A DNA stretch of 64,000 nucleotides from Auanema rhodensis (lineage: Eukaryota; Animalia; Nematoda): contig OZ059895.1 of assembly GCA_964057225.1 (NCBI GenBank), positions 21,080,001 through 21,144,000 on the forward strand, written 5' to 3'. The notes below the pieces were generated by a model that worked only from the letters and a program-made list of their open reading frames with translations, did no database searches and was not told where the DNA came from. Within the stretch, counting starts at the first letter, position 1. The number at the start of each line of letters is the position of its first letter. Below, one piece after another: positions 14,901 through 30,200 of this stretch. The translations under genes were made by a program, and so were the position numbers.

Positions 14901-17900
14901 TTAATATTGGTGCATGGTAACCATGACTTTGAAATTTACGTGAACTTTAATTTATGCTAATTAAGTGTACACATGATGTGCACTTGGTATGTAACTCGCT
15001 TCACGTCAAAGATAAAGAGATGCGGTTTTCAAAATTAGATTCCCCATGTCCATATTAGTCTAAAAACAAATTTTTATTAATATTGGTGCATGGTAACCAT
15101 GACTTTGAAATTTACGTGAACTTTAATTTATGCTAATTAAGTGTACACATGATGTGCACTTGGTATGTAACTCGCTTCACGTGAAAGATGAAGAGATGCG
15201 GTTTTCAAAATTAGATTCCTCATGTCCATATTAGACTAAAAACGAATTTTTATTGATATTGGTGCATGGTAACCATGACTTTGAAATTTACGTGAACTTT
15301 AATTTATGCTAATTAAGTGTACACATGATGTGCACTTGGTATGTAACTCGCTTCATGTGAAAGATGAAGAGATGCGGTTTTCAAAATTAGATTCCCCATG
15401 TCCATATTAGTCTAAAAACAAATTTTTATTGATATTGGTGCATGGTAACCATGACTTTGAAATTTACGTGAACTTTAATTTATGCTAATTAAGTGTACAC
15501 ATGATGTGCACTTGGTATGCAACTCGCTTCACGTGAAAGATGAAGAGATGCGGTTTTCAAAATTAGATTCCCCATGTCCATATTAGTCTAAAAACAAATT
15601 TTTATTAATATTGGTGCATGGTAACCATGACTTTGAAATTTACGTGAACTTCAATTTATGCTAATTAAGTGTACACGTGATGTGCGCTTGGTATGTAACT
15701 CGCTTCACGTGAAAGATGAAGAGATGCGGTTTTCAAAATTAGATTCCCCATTTCAATATTAGTCTAAAAACAAATTTTTATTGATATTGGTGCATGGTAA
15801 CCATGACTTTGAAATTTACGTGAACTTCAATTTATGCTAATTAAGTGTACACATGATGTGCACTTGGTATGTAACTCGCTTCAAGTCAAAGATAAAGAGA
15901 TGCGGTTTTCAAAATTAGATTCCCCATGTCCATATTAGTCTAAAAACAAATTTTTATTGATATTGGTGCATGGTAACCATGACTTTGAAATTTACGTGAA
16001 CTTCAAATTATGCTAATTAAGTGTACACGTGATGTGCGCTTGGTATGTAACTCGCTTCACGTGAAAGATGAAGAGATGCGGTTTTCAAAATTAGATTCCT
16101 CATGTCCATATTAGTCTAAAAACAAATTTTTATTGATATTGGTGCATGGCAACCATGACTTTAAAATTTACGTGAACTTTAATTTATGCTAATTAAGTGT
16201 ACACATGATGTGCACTTGGTATGTAATTCGCTTCAAGTCAAAGATAAAGAGATGCGGTTTTCAAAATTAGATTCCCTATGTCCATATTAGTCTAAAAACA
16301 AATTTTTATTAATATTGGTGAATGGTAACCATGACTTTGAAATTTACGTGAACTTTAATTTATGCTAATTAAGTGTACACATGATGTGCACTTGGTATGT
16401 AACTCGCTTCACGTGAAAGATGAAGAGATGCGGTTTTCAAAATTAGATTCCTCATGTCCATATTAGTCTAAAAACACATTTTTGTTGATATAGGTGGATG
16501 GTAACCATGACTTTGAAATTTACGTGAACTTCAATTTATGCTAATTAAGTGTACACATGATGTGCACTTGGTATGTAATTCGCTTCAAGTCAAAGATAAA
16601 GAGATGCGGTTTTCAAAATTAGATTCCCTATGTCCATATTAGTCTAAAAACAAATTTTTATTAATATTGGTGAATGGTAACCATGACTTTGAAATTTACG
16701 TGAACTTTAATTCATGCTAATTAAGTGTACACATGATGTGCACTTGGTATGTAACTCGCTTCACGTGAAAGATAAAGAGATGCGGTTTTCAAAATAGATT
16801 CCCCATTTCCATATTAGTCTAAAAACAAATTTTTATTGATATTGCTGCATGGCAACCATGACTTTAAAATTTACGTGAACTTTAATTTATGCTAATTAAG
16901 TGTACACATGATGTGCACTTGGTATGTAACTCGCTTTACGTCAAAGATAAAGAGATGCGGTTTTCAAAATTAGATTCCCCATGTCCATATTAGTCTAAAA
17001 ACAAATTTTTATTATTATTGGTGCATGGTAACCATGACTTTGAAATTTACGTGATCTTTAATTTATGCTAATTAAGTGTACACATGATGTGCACTTGGTA
17101 TGTAACTCGCTTTACGTCAAAGATAAAGAGATACGGTTTTTAAAATTAGATTCCCCATTTCCATGTTAGTCTAAAAACAAATTTTTATTGATATTGGTGC
17201 ATGGCAACCATGACTTTAAAATTTACGTGAACTTAAATTTATGCTAATTAAGTGTACACATGTTGTGCACTTGGTATGTAACTCGCTTCACGTCAAAGAT
17301 AAAGAGATGCGGTTTTCAAAATTAGATTCCCCATGTCCATATTAGTCTAAAAACAAATTTTTATTAATATTGGTGCATGGTAACCATGACTTTGAAATTT
17401 ACGTGAACTTTAATTTATGCTAATTAAGTGAACACATGATGTGCACTTGGTATGTAACTCGCTTCACGTCAAAGATAAAGAGATGCGGTTTTCAAAATTA
17501 GATTCCCCATGTCCATATTAGTCTAAAAACAAATTTTTATTAATATTGGTGCATGGTAACCATGACTTTGAAATTTACGTGAACTTTAATTTATGCTAAT
17601 TAAGTGTGCACATGATGTGCACTTGGTATGTAACTCGCTTCACGTGAAAGATGAAGAGATGCGGTTTTCAAAATTAGATTCCTCATGTCCATATTAGTCT
17701 AAAAACGAATTTTTATTGATATTGGTGCATGGTAACCATGACTTTGAAATTTACGTGAACTTTAATTTATGCTAATTAAGTGTACACATGATGTGCACTT
17801 GGTATGTAACTCGCTTCATGTGAAAGATGAAGAGATGCGGTTTTCAAAATTAGATTCCTCATGTCCATATTAGTCTAAAAACGAATTTTTATTAATATTG

Positions 17901-20900
17901 GTGCATGGTAACCATGACTTTGAAATTTACGTGAACTTTAATTTATGCTAATTAAGTGTACACATGATGTGCACTTGGTATGCAACTCGCTTCACGTGAA
18001 AGATGAAGAGATGCGGTTTTCAAAATTAGATTCCCCATGTCCATATTAGTCTAAAAACAAATTTTTATTAATATTGGTGCATGGTAACCATGACTTTGAA
18101 ATTTACGTGTACTTCAATTTATGCTAATTAAGTGTACACGTGATGTGCGCTTGGTATGTAACTCGCTTCACGTGAAAGATGAAGAGATGCGGTTTTCAAA
18201 ATTAGATTCCCCATGTCCATATTAGTCTAAAAACAAATTTTTATTAATATTGGTGCATGGTAACCATGACTTTGAAATTTACGTGAACTTCAATTTATGC
18301 TAATTAAGTGTACACGTGATGTGCGCTTGGTATGTAACTCGCTTCACGTGAAAGATGAAGAGATGCGGTTTTCAAAATTAGATTTCCCATTTCCATATTA
18401 GTCTAAAAACAAATTTTTATTGATATTGGTGCATGGTAACCATGACTTTGAAATTTACGTGAACTTCAATTTATGCTAATTAAGTGTACACATGATGTGC
18501 ACTTGGTATGTAACTCGCTTCAAGTCAAAGATAAAGAGATGCGGTTTTCAAAATTAGATTCCCTATGTCCATATTAGTCTAAAAACAAATTTTTATTAAT
18601 ATTGGTGCATGGTAACCATGACTTTGAAATTTACGTGAACTTTAATTTATGCTAATTAAGTGTACACGTGATGTGCACTTGGTATGTAACTCGCTTCACG
18701 TGAAAGATAAAGAGATGCGGTTTTCAAAATTAGATTCCCCATTTCCAAATTAGTCTAAAAACAAATTTTTATTGATATTGGTGCATGGTAACCATGACTT
18801 TGAAATTTACGTGAACTTTAATTTATGCTAATTAAGTGTACACATGATGTGCACTTGGTATGCAACTCGCTTCACGTGAAAGATGAAGAGATGCGGTTTT
18901 CAAAATTAGATTCCCCATGTCCATATTAGTCTAAAAACAAATTTTTATTAATATTGGTGCATGGTAACCATGACTTTGAAATTTACGTGAACTTTAATTT
19001 ATGCTAATTAAGTGTACACATGATGTGCACTTGGTATGTAACTCGCTTCACGTCAAAGATAAAGAGATGCGGTTTTCAAAATTAGATTCCACATGTCCAT
19101 ATTAGTCTAAAAACGAATTTTTATTGATATTGGTGCATGGTAACCATGACTTTGAAATTTACGTGAACTTTAATTTATGCTAATTAAGTGTACACATGAT
19201 GTGCACTTGGTATGTAACTCGCTTCACGTGAAAGATAAAGGGATGCGGTTTTCAAAATTAGATTACCCATGTCCATATTAGTCTAAAAACAAATTTTTAT
19301 TGATATTGGTGCATGGTAACCATGACTTTGAAATTTACGTGAACTTTAATTTATGCTTATTAAGTGTACACGTGATGTGCACTTGGTATGTAACTCGCTT
19401 CACGTGAAAGATAAAGGGATGCGGTTTTCAAAATTAGATTCCCCATGTCCATATTAGTCTAAAAACAAATTTTTATTGATATTGGTGCATGGTAACCATG
19501 ACTTTGAAATTTACGTGAACTTCAAATTATGCTAATTAAGTGTACACGTGATGTGCGCTTGGTATGTAACTCGCTTCACGTGAAAGATGAAGAGATGCGG
19601 TTTTCAAAATAGATTCCCCATTTCCATATTAGTCTAAAAACAAATTTTTATTGATATTGGTGCATGGTAACCATGACTTTGAAATTTACGTGAACTTCAA
19701 TTTATGCTAATTAAGTGTACACATGATGTGCACTTGGTATGTAACTCGCTTCAAGTCAAAGATAAAGAGATGCGGTTTTCAAAATTAGATTCCCTATGTC
19801 CATATTAGTCTAAAAACAAATTTTTATTAATATTGGTGCATGGTAACCATGACTTTGAAATTTACGTGAACTTCAATTTATGCTAATTAAGTGTACACGT
19901 GATGTGCGCTTGGTATGTAACTCGCTTCACGTGAAAGATGAAGAGATGCGGTTTTCAAAATTAGATTCCCCATTTCCATATTAGCCTAAAAACAAATTTT
20001 TATTGATATTGGTGCATGGTAACCATGACTTTGAAATTTACGTGAACTTCAATTTATGCTAATTAAGTGTACACATGATGTGCACTTGGTATGTAACTCG
20101 CTTCAAGTCAAAGATAAAGAGATGCGGTTTTCAAAATTAGATTCCCTATGTCCATATTAGTCTAAAAACAAATTTTTATTAATATTGGTGCATGGTAACC
20201 ATGACTTTGAAATTTACGTGAACTTTAATTTATGCTAATTAAGTGTACACGTGATGTGCACTTGGTATGTAACTCGCTTCACGTGAAAGATAAAGAGATG
20301 CGGTTTTCAAAATTAGATTCCCCATTTCCAAATTAGTCTAAAAACAAATTTTTATTAATATTGGTGCATGGTAACCATGACTTTGAAATTTACGTGAACT
20401 TTAATTTATGCTAATTAAGTGTACACATGATGTGCACTTGGTATGTAACTCGCTTCACGTCAAAGATAAAGAGATGCGGTTTTCAAAATTAGATTCCCCA
20501 TGTCCATATTAGTCTAAAAACAAATTTTTATTAATATTGGTGCATGGTAACCATGACTTTGAAATTTACGTGAACTTTAATTTATGCTAATTAAGTGTAC
20601 ACATGATGTGCACTTGGTATGTAACTCGCTTCACGTGAAAGATGAAGAGATGCGGTTTTCAAAATTAGATTCCTCATGTCCATATTAGACTAAAAACGAA
20701 TTTTTATTGATATTGGTGCATGGTAACCATGACTTTGAAATTTACGTGAACTTTAATTTATGCTAATTAAGTGTACACATGATGTGCACTTGGTATGTAA
20801 CTCGCTTCATGTGAAAGATGAAGAGATGCGGTTTTCAAAATTAGATTCCCCATGTCCATATTAGTCTAAAAACAAATTTTTATTGATATTGGTGCATGGT

Positions 20901-23900
20901 AACCATGACTTTGAAATTTACGTGAACTTTAATTTATGCTAATTAAGTGTACACATGATGTGCACTTGGTATGCAACTCGCTTCACGTGAAAGATGAAGA
21001 GATGCGGTTTTCAAAATTAGATTCCCCATGTCCATATTAGTCTAAAAACAAATTTTTATTAATATTGGTGCATGGTAACCATGACTTTGAAATTTACGTG
21101 AACTTCAATTTATGCTAATTAAGTGTACACGTGATGTGCGCTTGGTATGTAACTCGCTTCACGTGAAAGATGAAGAGATGCGGTTTTCAAAATTAGATTC
21201 CCCATTTCAATATTAGTCTAAAAACAAATTTTTATTGATATTGGTGCATGGTAACCATGACTTTGAAATTTACGTGAACTTCAATTTATGCTAATTAAGT
21301 GTACACATGATGTGCACTTGGTATGTAACTCGCTTCAAGTCAAAGATAAAGAGATGCGGTTTTCAAAATTAGATTCCCCATGTCCATATTAGTCTAAAAA
21401 CAAATTTTTATTGATATTGGTGCATGGTAACCATGACTTTGAAATTTACGTGAACTTCAAATTATGCTAATTAAGTGTACACGTGATGTGCGCTTGGTAT
21501 GTAACTCGCTTCACGTGAAAGATGAAGAGATGCGGTTTTCAAAATTAGATTCCTCATGTCCATATTAGTCTAAAAACAAATTTTTATTGATATTGGTGCA
21601 TGGCAACCATGACTTTAAAATTTACGTGAACTTTAATTTATGCTAATTAAGTGTACACATGATGTGCACTTGGTATGTAATTCGCTTCAAGTCAAAGATA
21701 AAGAGATGCGGTTTTCAAAATTAGATTCCCTATGTCCATATTAGTCTAAAAACAAATTTTTATTAATATTGGTGAATGGTAACCATGACTTTGAAATTTA
21801 CGTGAACTTTAATTTATGCTAATTAAGTGTACACATGATGTGCACTTGGTATGTAACTCGCTTCACGTGAAAGATGAAGAGATGCGGTTTTCAAAATTAG
21901 ATTCCTCATGTCCATATTAGTCTAAAAACACATTTTTGTTGATATAGGTGGATGGTAACCATGACTTTGAAATTTACGTGAACTTCAATTTATGCTAATT
22001 AAGTGTACACATGATGTGCACTTGGTATGTAATTCGCTTCAAGTCAAAGATAAAGAGATGCGGTTTTCAAAATTAGATTCCCTATGTCCATATTAGTCTA
22101 AAAACAAATTTTTATTAATATTGGTGAATGGTAACCATGACTTTGAAATTTACGTGAACTTTAATTCATGCTAATTAAGTGTACACATGATGTGCACTTG
22201 GTATGTAACTCGCTTCACGTGAAAGATAAAGAGATGCGGTTTTCAAAATAGATTCCCCATTTCCATATTAGTCTAAAAACAAATTTTTATTGATATTGCT
22301 GCATGGCAACCATGACTTTAAAATTTACGTGAACTTTAATTTATGCTAATTAAGTGTACACATGATGTGCACTTGGTATGTAACTCGCTTTACGTCAAAG
22401 ATAAAGAGATGCGGTTTTCAAAATTAGATTCCCCATGTCCATATTAGTCTAAAAACAAATTTTTATTAATATTGGTGCATGGTAACCATGACTTTGAAAT
22501 TTACGTGATCTTTAATTTATGCTAATTAAGTGTACACATGATGTGCACTTGGTATGTAACTCGCTTTACGTCAAAGATAAAGAGATACGGTTTTTAAAAT
22601 TAGATTCCCCATTTCCATGTTAGTCTAAAAACAAATTTTTATTGATATTGGTGCATGGCAACCATGACTTTAAAATTTACGTGAACTTAAATTTATGCTA
22701 ATTAAGTGTACACATGTTGTGCACTTGGTATGTAACTCGCTTCACGTCAAAGATAAAGAGATGCGGTTTTCAAAATTAGATTCCCCATGTCCATATTAGT
22801 CTAAAAACAAAGTTTTATTAATATTGGTGCATGGTAACCATGACTTTGAAATTTACGTGAACTTTAATTTATGCTAATTAAGTGTACACATGATGTGCAC
22901 TTGGTATGTAACTCGCTTCACGTCAAAGATAAAGAGATGCGGTTTTCAAAATTAGATTCCCCATGTCCATATTAGTCTAAAAACAAATTTTTATTAATAT
23001 TGGTGCATGGTAACCATGACTTTGAAATTTACGTGAACTTTAATTTATGCTAATTAAGTGTGCACATGATGTGCACTTGGTATGTAACTCGCTTCACGTG
23101 AAAGATGAAGAGATGCGGTTTTCAAAATTAAATTCCTCATGTCCATATTAGTCTAAAAACGAATTTTTATTGATATTGGTGCATGGTAACCATGACTTTG
23201 AAATTTACGTGAACTTTAATTTATGCTAATTAAGTGTACACATGATGTGCACTTGGTATGTAACTCGCTTCATGTGAAAGATGAAGAGATGCGGTTTTCA
23301 AAATTAGATTCCTCATGTCCATATTAGTCTAAAAACGAATTTTTATTAATATTGGTGCATGGTAACCATGACTTTGAAATTTACGTGAACTTTAATTTAT
23401 GCTAATTAAGTGTACACATGATGTGCACTTGGTATGCAACTCGCTTCACGTGAAAGATGAAGAGATGCGGTTTTCAAAATTAGATTCCCCATGTCCATAT
23501 TAGTCTAAAAACAAATTTTTATTAATATTGGTGCATGGTAACCATGACTTTGAAATTTACGTGTACTTCAATTTATGCTAATTAAGTGTACACGTGATGT
23601 GCGCTTGGTATGTAACTCGCTTCACGTGAAAGATGAAGAGATGCGGTTTTCAAAATTAGATTCCCCATGTCCATATTAGTCTAAAAACAAATTTTTATTA
23701 ATATTGGTGCATGGTAACCATGACTTTGAAATTTACGTGAACTTCAATTTATGCTAATTAAGTGTACACGTGATGTGCGCTTGGTATGTAACTCGCTTCA
23801 CGTGAAAGATGAAGAGATGCGGTTTTCAAAATTAGATTTCCCATTTCCATATTAGTCTAAAAACAAATTTTTATTGATATTGGTGCATGGTAACCATGAC

Positions 23901-25558
23901 TTTGAAATTTACGTGAACTTCAATTTATGCTAATTAAGTGTACACATGATGTGCACTTGGTATGTAACTCGCTTCAAGTCAAAGATAAAGAGATGCGGTT
24001 TTCAAAATTAGATTCCCTATGTCCATATTAGTCTAAAAACAAATTTTTATTAATATTGGTGCATGGTAACCATGACTTTGAAATTTACGTGAACTTTAAT
24101 TTATGCTAATTAAGTGTACACGTGATGTGCACTTGGTATGTAACTCGCTTCACGTGAAAGATAAAGAGATGCGGTTTTCAAAATTAGATTCCCCATTTCC
24201 AAATTAGTCTAAAAACAAATTTTTATTGATATTGGTGCATGGTAACCATGACTTTGAAATTTACGTGAACTTTAATTTATGCTAATTAAGTGTACACATG
24301 ATGTGCATTTGGTATGCAACTCGCTTCACGTGAAAGATGAAGAGATGCGGTTTTCAAAATTAGATTCCCCATGTCCATATTAGTCTAAAAACAAATTTTT
24401 ATTAATATTGGTGCATGGTAACCATGACTTTGAAATTTACGTGAACTTTAATTTATGCTAATTAAGTGTACACATGATGTGCACTTGGTATGTAACTCGC
24501 TTCACGTCAAAGATAAAGAGATGCGGTTTTCAAAATTAGATTCCACATGTCCATATTAGTCTAAAAACGAATTTTTATTGATATTGGTGCATGGTAACCA
24601 TGACTTTGAAATTTACGTGAACTTTAATTTATGCTAATTAAGTGTACACATGATGTGCACTTGGTATGTAACTCGCTTCACGTGAAAGATAAAGGGATGC
24701 GGTTTTCAAAATTAGATTACCCATGTCCATATTAGTCTAAAAACAAATTTTTATTGATATTGGTGCATGGTAACCATGACTTTGAAATTTACGTGAACTT
24801 TAATTTATGCTTATTAAGTGTACACGTGATGTGCACTTGGTATGTAACTCGCTTCACGTGAAAGATAAAGGGATGCGGTTTTCAAAATTAGATTCCCCAT
24901 GTCCATATTAGTCTAAAAACAAATTTTTATTGATATTGGTGCATGGTAACCATGACTTTGAAATTTACGTGAACTTCAAATTATGCTAATTAAGTGTACA
25001 CGTGATGTGCGCTTGGTATGTAACTCGCTTCACGTGAAAGATGAAGAGATGCGGTTTTCAAAATAGATTCCCCATTTCCATATTAGTCTAAAAACAAATT
25101 TTTATTGATATTGGTGCATGGTAACCATGACTTTGAAATTTACGTGAACTTCAATTTATGCTAATTAAGTGTACACATGATGTGCACTTGGTATGTAACT
25201 CGCTTCAAGTCAAAGATAAAGAGATGCGGTTTTCAAAATTAGATTCCCTATGTCCATATTAGTCTAAAAACAAATTTTTATTAATATTGGTGCATGGTAA
25301 CCATGACTTTGAAATTTACGTGAACTTCAATTTATGCTAATTAAGTGTACACGTGATGTGCGCTTGGTATGTAACTCGCTTCACGTGAAAGATGAAAAGA
25401 TGCGGTTTTCAAAATTAGATTCCCCATTTCCATATTAGCCTAAAAACAAATTTTTATTGATATTGGTGCATGGTAACCATGACTTTGAAATTTACGTGAA
25501 CTTCAATTTATGCTAATTAAGTGTACACATGATGTGCACTTGGTATGTAACTCGCTTC
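10585..25558 (+). repeat. 31-monomer higher-order repeat, 5,454-bp unit, ~2.7 tandem copies
   Basis: GATACGGTTTTT at 11677, 17131, 22585; GTGAACAC at 11977, 17431; TTAGACTAAA at 15235, 20689. Period 5454 = 31x176-2 (two 175-bp monomers per unit). Confidence 0.92.
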
Positions 25559-26568
25559 ACGTCAAAGATAAAGAGATGCGGTTTTCAAAATTAGATTCCC
25601 CATTTCCATATTAGTCTAAAAACAAATTTTTATTGATATTGGTGCATGGTAACCATGACTTTGAAATTTACGTGAACTTTAATTTATGCTAATTAAGTGT
25701 ACACATGATGTGCACTTGGTATGTAACTCGCTTCACGTCAAAGATAAAGAGATGCGGTTTTCAAAATTAGATTCCCCATGTCCATATTAGTCTAAAAACA
25801 AATTTTTATTGATATTGGTGCATGGTAACCATGACTTTGAAATTTACGTGAACTTTAATTTATGCTAATTAAGTGTACACATGATGTGCACTTGGTATGT
25901 AACTCGCTTCACGTGAAAGATGAAGAGATGCGGTTTTCAAAATTAGATTCCTCATGTCCATATTAGTCTAAAAACAAATTTTTATTGATATTGGTGCATG
26001 GCAACCATGACTTTAAAATTTACGTGAACTTTAATTTATGCTAATTAAGTGTACACATGATGTGCACTTGGTATGTAATTCGCTTCAAGTCAAAGATAAA
26101 GAGATGCGGTTTTCAAAATTAGATTCCCTATGTCCATATTAGTCTAAAAACAAATTTTTATTAATATTGGTGAATGGTAACCATGACTTTGAAATTTACG
26201 TGAACTTTAATTTATGCTAATTAAGTGTACACATGATGTGCACTTGGTATGTAACTCGCTTCACGTGAAAGATGAAGAGATGCGGTTTTCAAAATTAGAT
26301 TCCTCATGTCCATATTAGTCTAAACACACATTTTTGTTGATATAGGTGGATGGTAACCATGACTTTGAAATTTACGTGAACTTCAATTTATGCTAATTAA
26401 GTGTACACATGATGTGCACTTGGTATGTAATTCGCTTCAAGTCAAAGATAAAGAGATGCGGTTTTCAAAATTAGATTCCCTATGTCCATATTAGTCTAAA
26501 AACAAATTTTTATTAATATTGGTGAATGGTAACCATGACTTTGAAATTTACGTGAACTTTAATTTATG

Positions 26569-27272
26569 CTAATTAAATGTACACGTGATGTGCACTTGGT
26601 ATGTAACTCGCTTCACGTGAAAGATAAAGAGATGCGGTTTTCAAAATTAGATTCCCCATGTCCATATTAGTCTAAAAACAAATTTTTATTGATATTGGTT
26701 CATGGTAACCATGACTTTGAAATTTACGTGAACTTTAATTTATGCTAATTAAATGTACACGTGATGTGCACTTGGTATGTAACTCGCTTCACGTGAAAGA
26801 TAAAGAGATGCGGTTTTCAAAATTAGATTCCCCATGTCCATATTAGTCTAAAAACAAATTTTTATTGATATTGGTTCATGGTAACCATGACTTTGAAATT
26901 TACGTGAACTTTAATTTATGCTAATTAAATGTACACGTGATGTGCACTTGGTATGTAACTCGCTTCACGTGAAAGATAAAGAGATGCGGTTTTCAAAATT
27001 AGATTCCCCATGTCCATATTAGTCTAAAAACAAATTTTTATTGATATTGGTTCATGGTAACCATGACTTTGAAATTTACGTGAACTTTAATTTATGTTAA
27101 TTAAATGTACACGTGATGTGCACTTGGTATGTAACTCGCTTCACGTGAAAGATAAAGAGATGCGGTTTTCAAAATTAGATTCCCCATGTCCATATTAGTC
27201 TAAAAACAAATTTTTATTGATATTGGTGCATGGTAACCATGACTTTGAAATTTACGTGAACTTTAATTTATG
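26569..27272 (+). repeat. Run of 4 near-identical variant monomers (TTAAATGTACACGTG; GGTTCATGG in the first three)
   Basis: Monomers start at 26569, 26745, 26921, 27097. GGTTCATGG was not seen elsewhere in the window. Confidence 0.9.
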
Positions 27273-30200
27273 CTAATTAAGTGTACACATGATGTGCACT
27301 TGGTATGTAACTCGCTTCACGTCAAAGATAAAGAGATGCGGTTTTCAAAATTAGATTCCCCATTTCCATATTAGTCTAAAAACAAATTTTTATTGATATT
27401 GGTGCATGGTAACCATGACTTTGAAATTTACGTGAACTTTAATTTATGCTAATTAAGTGTACACATGATGTGCACTTGGTATGTAACTCGCTTCACGTCA
27501 AAGATAAAGAGATGCGGTTTTCAAAATTAGATTCCCCATGTCCATATTAGTCTAAAAACAAATTTTTATTGATATTGGTGCATGGTAACCATGACTTTGA
27601 AATTTACGTGAACTTTAATTTATGCTAATTAAGTGTACACATGATGTGCACTTGGTATGTAACTCGCTTCACGTGAAAGATGAAGAGATGCGGTTTTCAA
27701 AATTAGATTCCTCATGTCCATATTAGTCTAAAAACAAATTTTTATTGATATTGGTGCATGGCAACCATGACTTTAAAATTTACGTGAACTTTAATTTATG
27801 CTAATTAAGTGTACACATGATGTGCACTTGGTATGTAATTCGCTTCAAGTCAAAGATAAAGAGATGCGGTTTTCAAAATTAGATTCCCTATGTCCATATT
27901 AGTCTAAAAACAAATTTTTATTAATATTGGTGAATGGTAACCATGACTTTGAAATTTACGTGAACTTTAATTTATGCTAATTAAGTGTACACATGATGTG
28001 CACTTGGTATGTAACTCGCTTCACGTGAAAGATGAAGAGATGCGGTTTTCAAAATTAGATTCCTCATGTCCATATTAGTCTAAACACACATTTTTGTTGA
28101 TATAGGTGGATGGTAACCATGACTTTGAAATTTACGTGAACTTCAATTTATGCTAATTAAGTGTACACATGATGTGCACTTGGTATGTAATTCGCTTCAA
28201 GTCAAAGATAAAGAGATGCGGTTTTCAAAATTAGATTCCCTATGTCCATATTAGTCTAAAAACAAATTTTTATTAATATTGGTGAATGGTAACCATGACT
28301 TTGAAATTTACGTGAACTTTAATTTATGCTAATTAAGTGTACACATGATGTGCACTTGGTATGTAACTCGCTTCACGTGAAAGATAAAGAGATGCGGTTT
28401 TCAAAATAGATTCCCCATTTCCATATTAGTCTAAAAACAAATTTTTATTGATATTGCTGCATGGCAACCATGACTTTAAAATTTACGTGAACTTTAATTT
28501 ATGCTAATTAAGTGTACACATGATGTGCACTTGGTATGTAACTCGCTTTACGTCAAAGATAAAGAGATGCGGTTTTCAAAATTAGATTCCCCATGTCCAT
28601 ATTAGTCTAAAAACAAATTTTTATTAATATTGGTGCATGGTAACCATGACTTTGAAATTTACGTGAACTTAAATTTATGCTAATTAAGTGTACACATGAT
28701 GTGCACTTGGTATGTAACTCGCTTCACGTCAAAGATAAAGAGATGCGGTTATCAAAATTAGATTCCCCATGTCCATATTAGTCTAAAAACAAATTTTTAT
28801 TAATATTGGTGCATGGTAACCATGACTTTGAAATTTACGTGAACTTTAATTTATGCTAATTAAGTGTACACATGATGTGCACTTGGTATGTAACTCGCTT
28901 CACGTGAAAGATGAAGAGATGCGGTTTTCAAAATTAGATTCCTCATGTCCATATTAGTCTAAAAACAAATTTTTATTGATATTGGTGCATGGCAACCATG
29001 ACTTTGAAATTTACGTGAACTTTAATTTATGCTAATTAAGTGTACACATGATGTGCACTTGGTATGTAACTCGCTTCACGTGAAAGATGAAGAGATGCGG
29101 TTTTCAAAATTAGATTCCTCATGTCCATATTAGTCTAAAAACAAATTTTTATTGATATTGGTGCATGGCAACCATGACTTTAAAATTTACGTGAACTTTA
29201 ATTTATGCTAATTAAGTGTACATATGATGTGCACTTGGTATGTAATTCGCTTCAAGTCAAAGATAAAGAGATGCGGTTTTCAAAATTAGATTCCCTATGT
29301 CCATATTAGTCTAAAAACAAATTTTTATTAATATTGGTGCATGGTAACCATGACTTTGAAATTTACGTGAACTTTAATTTATGCTAATTAAGTGTACACA
29401 TGATGTGCACTTGGTATGTAACTCGCTTCACGTGAAAGATGAAGAGATGCGGTTTTCAAAATTAGATTCCTCATGTCCATATTAGTCTAAAAACACATTT
29501 TTGTTGATATAGGTGGATGGTAACCATGACTTTGAAATTTACGTGAACTTCAATTTATGCTAATTAAGTGTACACATGATGTGCACTTGGTATGTAATTC
29601 GCTTCAAGTCAAAGATAAAGAGATGCGGTTTTCAAAATTAGATTCCCTATGTCCATATTAGTCTAAAAACAAATTTTTATTAATATTGGTGAATGGTAAC
29701 CATGACTTTGAAATTTACGTGAACTTTAATTTATGCTAATTAAGTGTACACATGATGTGCACTTGGTATGTAACTCGCTTCACGTGAAAGATAAAGAGAT
29801 GCGGTTTTCAAAATAGATTCCCCATTTCCATATTAGTCTAAAAACAAATTTTTATTGATATTGGTGCATGGTAACCATGACTTTGAAATTTACGTGAACT
29901 TTAATTTATGCTTATTAAGTGTACACGTGATGTGCACTTGGTATGTAACTCGCTTCACGTGAAAGATGAAGAGATGCGGTTTTCAAAATTAGATTCCTCA
30001 TGTCCATATTAGTCTAAAAACGAATTTTTATTGATATTGGTGCATGGCAACCATGACTTTAAAATTTACGTGAACTTTAATTTATGCTAATTAAGTGTAC
30101 ATATGATGTGCACTTGGTATGTAATTCGCTTCAAGTCAAAGATAAAGAGATGCGGTTTTCAAAATTAGATTCCCTATGTCCATATTAGTCTAAAAACAAA

